A stretch of DNA of 58,677 bases, filler included, from Sphacelaria rigidula (lineage: Eukaryota): NCBI GenBank assembly GCA_964200075.2. It is 7 parts of 7 records of this genome, joined end to end, with 100 filler letters (N's around TTAATTAATTAA, not from the genome) between each part and the next. Parts side by side here need not be neighbours in the genome. Positions count along the whole stretch, not along the records: positions 50,383 to 58,677 come from CAXNAA020011616.1; 6 more parts are not named here. The stretch is one strand, 5' to 3'. Both the position numbers and the translations under genes were made by a program. Below the pieces are notes generated by a model, which did no database searches, was not told the origin of the DNA, and saw only the letters and a program-made list of their open reading frames with translations. Each line of letters begins with the position of its first letter. Within the stretch, counting starts at the first letter, position 1. Shown piece after piece: positions 50,593 through 58,677 of the stretch.

Positions 50593-52648
50593 CTACGTAC
50601 GGCTACGGCGCTTGCCAAAAGTGACACCGGCACACAAAGAACACGTCCGCCGGAAGTCGTCGGTAGAAGCGGACGGGCCGCAAGTTGGGTGGAGTAAGCC
50701 GTCGCAGGAGCCGGCACACGGTATCATGCCCATACAGCCACCTGTAACACAGCCAGGTTCGGAGCAAGAAGAATGAACCCAAATCGGGAGGTCTTCGGTG
50801 CCGTCGCCCGGTGCTCCAGGACCGTTGCGGAAAGTAGGATATAGAGCGGAAGGGCGACAGGCCGGCTGAACACCGTCGTCCGAAAATCTGTCCGGGCCAA
50901 CGGAGAAGTTAGGCACGCCTGGCATCGGCGACCTCCGTGCGGCGTCCAGCGTGGACCTTAGCCTGGTCGCACGTGAGCTCGATCCATTCCGCGTCTTTAT
51001 GGTCCCAAAGAGCGAAACTCTCGCTGACGCGTCCACCGGAACCACCGGAGAAAAAGAGGGTGTACGCATGTCCTCGTCGGAAAAGGGAGGGGTACACGAG
51101 AGCGACGAAGTAAGCTTCGGCCCTCAACGCTTCCACAGGATGGACGCTCGTGGGACAAATCCAGGAGGAGCTGGGGAGATACTCCCCATCTTGGATCATC
51201 CACGTGAGGATGGCCACAGCGGAAGGCGTGAGTGGACGCAGGAATTCCTCCCGAAAGCATCGGACGCAAGACCAGAAACTCTTCTTGCCGAGTTCGAGGC
51301 GCACCTCCTTCACTACCTGACGCTGCAGCTTCCGGTATTCGGCGAGAGCGACGTTAAACTCCGGGCGTGACACGTTCTTACTCGCGGTCCGGAAGTGGCC
51401 TCTCCCGACATCCTTGGAGCAGTAGCCGACCATAGCTGGAGGGATATATAAGGCGCACAAGGAGAAAGGAGCGACGGAAAGGAAAGAGCGATGTGAGGTA
51501 ATGGACGGGAAAGAAGATAGGAGAAAGGAAAGGGTCGGCAGTGAAGGCGTACGGTAAGATGGGGAATGCAGGAGGGAGAGGTGAGGGTCGGAAGAAAGGG
51601 AGGAAGAATTCCAAGAAATATTTGCAAGTAAGAAACGAGAGTAGGAAATAATGCGTGAGCGATATTCAAAGAAGGAAATCGAATTGGGAGGGTACGAAGA
51701 GAAAAAAAACTTGCCTTCAAACGACTGCTTAGCACCGAGAGGCTTGACGTCAATCTTAAGTCGTAGATCAGGTCCCCAACTCTCGAACGTCTTCAAGTTG
51801 TTACGTCCGTCCGTGTTCATCTTCTTGTCATCGTCGTAGGCCTTCACGATTCCCAACGTAAGAACCCCCTGGACGTGTAGGTTCCCCTTTTGCCCCCCCC
51901 GCTCGAGGCTAACTAACCCGCGCGTCGCCTTCTTCTCCAAGAAGTGCGCCGCGTCATCGAAAACGTTGGCGGGTATGTTCCCCGCGTCGCGGGATGCTAT
52001 CGTCAGAGAGAAGTCCACAGGATTCCCTGTTCCGGAATTGATGATGTTGTCGATGACGTCACCGGTGCGGGGGCAGAGGCGGACCAGAGATGGCTGACGC
52101 CGCGGACGACCGCGAGGCCGCGGCCAGGGGATAGTAGGGTCGGCGGCGGAGCGAGGGCAGGTACCGCTGACGTCGCCGGCGGCGCGGGGTTCGGCCGTGG
52201 AAGCATCGGAAGCCCCGGCGTCGGAGGCGGCGGGGCGATGGGAGGCGCCGGCAGGGCGGCCGGAACTGGCGGCGCTGGCAGCGGTGGATGAAACGGACAT
52301 GGCGCCGTCAGAACCGGACGGGATAGCTGAGTTGGTACGACTGGAGAGGGCGGTGCGACTGGAGGTGACGCCGTCGGAGCCGGAGGGGATAGCTGAGTTG
52401 GTACGAATGGAGGGGGCGGAGCGACTGGAGGCGACGCCGTCGGAATCGGCGGCGATGCGGGGGCGTCCGCGGCGTCACGGTTGACTGGCGAGTGGAGAGG
52501 ATGGTGCGGTGGCGCCAGATGTCCGGATGGGATCCTCTGCAGTAGGGACGCGGGGACAACGACCACGCGACCGCCTCGTGCGCGTAGGCCCATCGGGCGC
52601 AAGTGAAGGCGCAGGCCGGTCGTCAGTCGTACCTGTAGAACCCACCAT
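50593..52648 (-). mobile_element. Replitron-like rolling-circle transposon gene: Rep-type HUH endonuclease with AT-hooks and C-terminal PHD-like finger (probably disrupted)
   Basis: RCR motifs DFSLTI, ERGG.KGNLHVQG and, after removing intron 51436-51714, SFEAMVGYCSKD; no helicase. In-frame TGA at 52475-52477 and an apparent frameshift near 50958. Confidence 0.82.
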
Positions 52649-52893
52649 GGCCGCAGGGTGCGGCGACGGGGTAACACTGCCGGCATGTGAGGGGTTACGA
52701 GGTGGAGACGCCGTCGTGAGTATCGTGGGCGACGCCCGACGCGCTGGAGAGGAAGCAGAGAGTGGCGTTGACGGGGGAGAAAGGAACAAGTATTAGAGAA
52801 GAATAAGAATAAACGATGAGAAGATGAGAGAATATCTGTGGTTATGTTGGAGGAATGAGTACGAAATAATAAATCAAAGTCGCGAAAAGATAG

Positions 52894-53478
52894 TCTTCCT
52901 CTTGTCCAAAAAATAAATCTTCCCCTTGTCCAAAAAATAAATCTTCCCCTTGTCCAAAAAATAAAACCCAACCATCCATCTTAAAATATATCATCATTTA
53001 TTCATTTTATTTTATATTGTACTGATACCTGGAAACTGGTTATTGCCCTTAACTCATGACAAAAAAAATGGTCTTCCCCTTGTCCAAAAAATAAAATCCA
53101 ACCATGCATGAAAAATATATATCATAATTTATTCATTTTATTTACCTATAATTTATTTGTATCTATTGTCTTTCCCTTGACCGAAAAATAAAAAATTCAA
53201 CCATCCATCGCCGAATAACTTTTCATCAATTAGTTAATTAAATAAATAAATAAATACTTAATATTTATTGATCATTATGGTTAAATTTCTTCACCTACTA
53301 GTAGTTTTTCGTCTAGATTCCCCCTACTTGTTCTTCACTTAGGACCTAACAATTTCGGTCATGGGAATCCACGTTTGTATGGCATGTAGTGATTATCAAC
53401 ATAAGTCCAAAAAATAGAATCCAACCATCCATCCTATTGTATTTCCCTTGTCCAAAAAATAGAATCCAACGATCCATC
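52894..53478. repeat. Iteron-like direct repeats (3 tandem 24-mers plus 4 dispersed copies)
   Basis: TCTTCC(C/T)CTTGTCCAAAAAATAAA x3 at 52894-52965; related copies, mostly followed by CCAACCATCCATC-like sequence, at ~53072, 53171, 53405 and 53442. Confidence 0.9.
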
Positions 53479-55099
53479 CTCAATCCCAGCTGAAGCCCCA
53501 ACTGCGACGTAAACGCTAGCAAAGCAAGGCCACGACCCAAGATGGGAGAGTATGTAGCTTGCTGATCCTGTGTTCGGCTCGTGACTCAAACCGTATGTTC
53601 TTCTCTCCCAATACAATACAATAGCCAGCTGTCTAAGTTGGAACAGCCCCACAGCCAGGACACAACTACAATGGTAATGGAGGGTGATAGTACAGCACAG
53701 CTAAGACTCAAGTCGATAAGGCTGTGGACTCGCGACACTGAAGACAGGAGATCGGTGGGTAGCTGATGAGCAAAGCTCTTCCTTATATCCAATTAGGCCT
53801 GAAGACTGTTGTCGGGGTTTCCGAGTGAGACAGTGGGGTAGGGCAGCTGCCCATACATCCGTCTGCCCTGCTTACAATCTTGTCATAATACAAAATCACC
53901 GTGACGCGCCGTACCTTTTGGGAATCAAGGCTGTAATAGCGACAGGTACACGACCAATAGGGTACAATCCTTTTGCCTTCAACCCGAAACAAATATACAG
54001 GGAATCGAATCCTGCCTTACAAACACACATTCGACTAGATTCCTACCATACCCGCTGGTCGTTTCTGGGGACCATCTGCATATCCACAAGGAAACTAGTT
54101 TTAATTCAATGCCTCAGTCATTTACCATCACAATCCATCAATCCACCCATCCTCAAACAATCTTTAATGAATTAATTATTTTTTTTTATTAACGATTTGA
54201 TTACAAGCTCAACACCCACAAATTAAGCTAAAGATAGGCGTCATAAAAGCTATGTGCTCGTTGTTCTTTCTTGTAGTAATTGGTGTTGTCCCTAGTGGTA
54301 TAACGTGTTCGAGCGCAAATAAATACAGAGTTATGATGAGAGTTGCAAAAGATCACAGAAGTTTTTAGTCGATGCACCAGAGAGGGGAAGATGGGGAAAA
54401 GGTAAACAGGAAGAAGAAAATGAACGTATCGTACAAAGTGAGAACTGTATTATACAGGGTGATGATGGAGTGGGAAAACATGGAGAAACATATTCGCTGA
54501 TGGAGACGTGGTGCAGACGCGATATTTCGAATTACTACAAATAAGGAAATTGGATGTGGAATAGGAAATACGGTTAGGTATCATGAAAATAAAAATGACG
54601 AAATGAAGAGAATGTGAAGTGGGAGAGAAAAGCGCCATAGAGATCCGAACAAAATCGTACAAAACAGGAAGAAAACTACAGACCGAAAAGAAATGAGAAT
54701 ATTAGTATTAAAAGAAAAGTAAAACGGAACGAACGGTCCCCCATAATTTGTGGGCTATATCAGAGATGATTGGAATTTCACTTATATATGAAAGGAGACG
54801 AAAAAAATCCATGTTGTTAGTAACATGCGGTAGGCTGCGGTTTCATCGTGGGCCACTCACACTTGATCAGAGTTGAGAAACATAGCAAAATATTGGGTGA
54901 ATGGAGATGCGGTGCAAACGCGAAATTTCGATTTAGAACATACATCAATATTTCATGTGGGAAAGGATGTACTACTAGGGAGTATAAAACATGCAAGAAT
55001 AAAATGAAGGAAACATTAACTGGAAGAGACAAAGAAGAAGATATCAGAACGAATGACAAACGGAGAAAAAAAAAAAGAGAAGAATATCAGTGATGGAAA

Positions 55100-55420
55100 C
55101 AAAGGAGGGAGGGGGATAAAAGGGGGGGGTTGAAGTAGGGGGTCAGGCGAGAGCGTTGCACTGTCGGAGACAGAGTCGACGGGGGCAGTCGGCGTTCTGG
55201 TCTTCCAAGCGGAGGCTGTAGTGTTGTTTTGTACACGCTGCTTCTTGGGCGGAGATTTGTAGTCGTTGGCGTGGTGGTCGTCGTCGGACTCGTTGCTGTG
55301 ATCGTCTGATTCGTCGTCGGACGTTAGACACTCGAGGACGTCGTCTCGTTTCTTCCCCGAGAAGACGTCGCACTCCTCGAGAGCTCGGCGCTGCTGCTTC
55401 GTACACTTGGTGACGAACGC
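55100..55420 (-). CDS. Putative exon of an unknown acidic protein with an NLS-like motif
   Basis: CTCAG|AFVTKCTKQQRRALEECDVFSGKKRDDVLECLTSDDESDD...SPPKKQRV; GC-rich coding-like island among CT-rich intron-like DNA. Confidence 0.4.
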
Positions 55421-56212
55421 CTGAGAGGAACAGGGAAGTTCGAGAGAACGGTGTAGCGGGTGAGAAATCAGGAATAGCATTGGCTTGTGTGCAGTGGACA
55501 GCGGGTCGGAAAAGGACATGCGAAGTAGGAAATCGTGTGGGCGAAACTGAGCAGGAGGTGAGTACAGCACAGAACGGTCGTGATACGATGGCGACGACAC
55601 AAAAGAGTCACGTGTAGCCATTGAGTCCATCTGCGGCCGCAGAAGAAGTAGAATTCAGGATTTTTGTGCAGAAATGTGGGCGCGAAAAAAACGGGAGTGA
55701 AACCGAAATATGTTACAGAGATTCCCGAGATACAGCAGATTTTGAAGAGGACAACGCAGAGTTGCCATTTGCCCGGGCGAAAAACCTGCAGACAGACAGA
55801 CAGACGTCCTCCTTCAAGGGCCGCACACGTCACACGTTCATGTTGCACATATGAGGTCAAAAGTGAAGCCAGGCTACAACTACGGTGGGGGACGGGGACA
55901 ACGTGGGGAGCTCTGTTGAAAAGTAGAGTCAGATCAGGGGTCCCCCCGCGGTCGCCGTCGGTATTACTACCCTCGCTTAACATTCGAGGTACCAAAAAAA
56001 ATGGCAGAGAACAAACAAAGGCGCAGGAAAGGCGCAGAAAAGCGAAAAAAGCAGGAAAAATACATGAAATGCGCAATAAACAAGCGAAATAATAGGGAGA
56101 TGGACTCAATGGGTAGTGGCGTGGCGGTTGTGCGGTCGAGAATCACGAAATACACAGTGCAGTACAGTGAGAGAAAAAAACAGTGGGAACGGAATCGAAA
56201 AATAAAAATACG

Positions 56213-56406
56213 CACGGGTGGCCACTGGGGTCTGTAACCTGGCCATTTTGGGACCTTACCACCCGCCTTTAGACTGGGACATGTTCTGTTTCGATCCTGT
56301 CCATGCTGTGCGAATACTCTTCACTTGTCTACCCAACCCGTGGACCTTACCAAAGGTGGATAAGGTCCCAAAATGGCCAGGTTACAGACCCCAGTGGCCA
56401 CCCGTG
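56213..56406. mobile_element. 194-bp MITE with 46-bp perfect TIR (CACGG ends, CMC/CACTA-like)
   Basis: CG|CACGGGTGGCCACTGGGGTCTGTAACCTGGCCATTTTGGGACCTTA ... TAAGGTCCCAAAATGGCCAGGTTACAGACCCCAGTGGCCACCCGTG|CG. Confidence 0.88.
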
Positions 56407-56621
56407 CGGTGGCGAAGGCAACAAAGGAGGGAGATGGCGCATGCAACACAGATAGTGCAGGAAACTTCGCAAGTACGAATGAGAGTTGTGAATTGTACCG
56501 GCGTTTAAGGAATTGATGGTGTGGTGTAAAGTCGTGACGAGGAGAGTTCAGAAGAGGAGGACATTACCTCTTCAGTACGATACAGTACGACGTCGCGTGT
56601 ACGCACAAAACGGGTGGAATA

Positions 56622-56885
56622 CTATAACATGGTAACAGGGCCCACCTTGGCCTTGACCTTCAATCGCCGTCGAAGGTATAGCTTCAAGTCGTCGGCGACC
56701 TCTTTCGCGTCGTCAGGATCGGACGCGGCGAAGGCCCACGTAGACGGCGGCACCATGCCTGGTACCCCGTCGGGCAGGTACCGATACCTCTGCTGTTTGA
56801 GGGCCTCCCGAACAGCGTACCCGTTCTCGACCAGAACACAACTTGTTTTGTTGGGCACCGTGATGTGAAGTGCCTGGCCCGACAC
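56622..56885 (-). CDS. Small ORF or exon, 87 aa, unknown function
   Basis: ATG-started and globular-looking: MSGQALHITVPNKTSCVLVENGYAVREALKQQRYRYLPDG...STWAF...AKEVADDLKLYL. Confidence 0.5.
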   Translation of the reverse strand: MSGQALHITVPNKTSCVLVENGYAVREALKQQRYRYLPDGVPGMVPPSTWAFAASDPDDAKEVADDLKLYLRRRLKVKAKVGPVTML

Positions 56886-57011
56886 ATACTACAGTTCAGC
56901 TTGCGGTAGTAATATGATTTTCTAAGCCGCGGATGAAGCGAGAAGGGAGGGAGGGGAGGGGGACCCTTGGTCGCAGAGACGCGATGAAATGGGAGATCAG
57001 TGGCTGTAGGG

Positions 57012-57240
57012 CCATTCGTTCGTCGGAGGAACGAAAGGGCATGCGGGCAGCATACGACAGTTTGTTTTGCGGGCAAATGTTGTTGACGTTTCCGCGGTGA
57101 AATACCGGGATTTAGAGTCCGTTCGTTCGTCGGCGGAACGAAAGGGCATGCGGGCACGGCATGCGGGCAGCATACGACTGTTTATTTAGCGGGTAAATTT
57201 TCTTGACGTTTCCGCGGTGAAATACCGTGATATAGAGTTT
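57012..57240. repeat. Tandem duplication of a ~107-bp unit
   Basis: TTCGTTCGTCGG.GGAACGAAAGGGCATGCGGGCA...TTGACGTTTCCGCGGTGAAATACCG occurs twice. Confidence 0.85.
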
Positions 57241-57979
57241 TCCGGAAAAATCCGTTGCGTTATTCGCAGCGGATGAAAGGCACATAGAAGAGGATTTGTG
57301 GAGAGGTACGGTGCGGTAATACGGCGAAATCGCGGGATTTATATTTTTCCCGGAAATTCCGATGGGATATAGCCTGCGGATGAAACGCACATACAACACC
57401 GTTTGTGGAGATATCTTGGTGGTCATCGAAGCGTTTGATGTGTGATTGCCGTGGGTTTATGGGATGTACAGCGTCGATTCTGTTGTGGTGTAAGTGTATT
57501 TATACAGCGCCTGTAACATGCACGAGTTATTCGAAGTGGGCTTGGAAAGGACGACGTACCAGCGCAGGCATGAGGCGTGGATGAATTGGCGTTGGCAAGG
57601 AGTGATTACGGTAGGGAAGAGCGGGCGAGAACCTGGGCAGGCGATACGGTATGTGCTTAAAGTGTGTACTTTACTGCCATTGGTCCCCACCATCGAGAGA
57701 TTGGTGCATATTCGCCGTGACCTCCAAACGTGCATGGTGTACGATTGCGTGAGAGTGAGCGACGTTTTGACGTACGTTTCAGAAACGCTGTCAGGAATGT
57801 TTTGAACACCAATTAAAGTGAAACACAGATTTTTTAGGACGAGGGGATGACAATATTGATGCGATGCGAGTATCACTGCAAAACACGTCATGCACGCGAA
57901 TTTTCCTTTTCCCCCCGCTCCCTGAAAGTAGTATACTTCAAGATACTCTCCCCCACCATAGTACACCACAGGTAAATAT

Positions 57980-58445
57980 CAGGGATGTGTACGGAGGACA
58001 ATCCGCTCCGCGGTGCGGATTTTTTTTCGAAACCTCACGAAGCGGAGCGGAGCGGATATTCGTATGTGTGGAAAATCACGGATTATGACGGTGCGGATAT
58101 CCGCCACTGAAAATGTCACGGATTATTGCGGAGCGGGTATCCGCCACTGAAAATGTCACGGTGCGGTGCGGATTTTTTTTATATGGTACGGAGCGGAGCG
58201 GAGCGGAGCGGATATCCGTCAGTGGGAAAACTCACGGATTTTCAGGGGGCGGGATATCCGCCAATGAAAATGTCACGGGTTATTGCGGAGCGGATATCCG
58301 TGTCATGGATTTTTTCACGGAGCGGATTGCCCCCCTCCGTGGAACAATCCGCACAAACCGCGGCGATTCCCCGCGGTGCACCGTCGCAGTAATCCGTGAA
58401 ACCGATACGGTTATCCGCGAAAAATGTATGGATATCCGCGGATTA
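57980..58445. repeat. Short-motif array (GCGGA, GCGGATATCCG, GAAAATGTCACGG), probably MITE subterminal repeats
   Basis: Multiple direct and palindromic copies; begins CAGGGATG. Confidence 0.6.
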
Positions 58446-58616
58446 ATACCAAAAAGTACGAAAGTAGTTGTTTTGCATTGACTTCCAGCTGCTGGACAGG
58501 GGGGGCGGCGGATTAAATAGCGCACATGTAAGGTCGAATCCCTCGAAGAAAAAAAATCAATCGAGAAAAATGAACAGTACATATTTGAATTTTGAATGTC
58601 ACCCCACCCTACCCTA

Positions 58617-58677
58617 GGTACTCGTCTGTAACGAAGATAAGAAAAACCCGGTAGAGTTCAAATGGAAGTGGGGAGAA
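58617..58677 (+). mobile_element. Start of a 5'-truncated copy of the LINE
   Basis: GGTACTCGTCTGTAACGAAGATAAG matches 45587-45611; preceded by C-rich ACCCCACCCTACCCT. Confidence 0.75.

Noticed and set aside
50909-52300. The 463-aa ORF as the real protein; Helitron or circovirus identity
   Set aside because: It includes a 93-codon read-through intron and lacks the likely N- and C-termini; no Pif1 or SF3 helicase or capsid is visible.
52894-53478. CRISPR-like array
   Set aside because: Repeats are directly tandem or irregularly spaced, there are no uniform spacers or cas genes, and the context is eukaryotic.

Overview
Eukaryotic, intron-rich and repeat-rich DNA, probably from a stramenopile such as a brown alga (inferred from the Plasmodium/SAR-type thioredoxin reductase, kb-scale TE-filled introns and ~50% GC). 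The window is not one locus. It is seven contigs of 8298, 8298, 8298, 8296, 8296, 8296 and 8295 bp, joined by 100-bp N/TTAATTAATTAA/N linkers, so adjacency across linkers is meaningless. Host gene fragments: five exons of a high-Mr thioredoxin reductase (+, contig 2), four exons of WDR3/UTP12 (-, contig 4, one probable GC-AG intron) and 3-4 exons of a coiled-coil protein (+, contig 5). Mobile DNA dominates: Tc1/mariner-, PIF/Harbinger-, piggyBac- and CACTA-like non-autonomous elements, a tRNA-derived SINE with a (CA)n tail, a decayed hAT-like transposase, and a decayed APE+RT LINE whose 3' fragments sit consistently in poly(C) tracts. The most notable element is in contig 7: a spliced, helicase-less Rep-type HUH endonuclease gene (Replitron-like). 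Its reconstructed protein has two N-terminal AT-hooks and a C-terminal PHD-like zinc finger, and iteron-like repeats and co-oriented small ORFs lie upstream.
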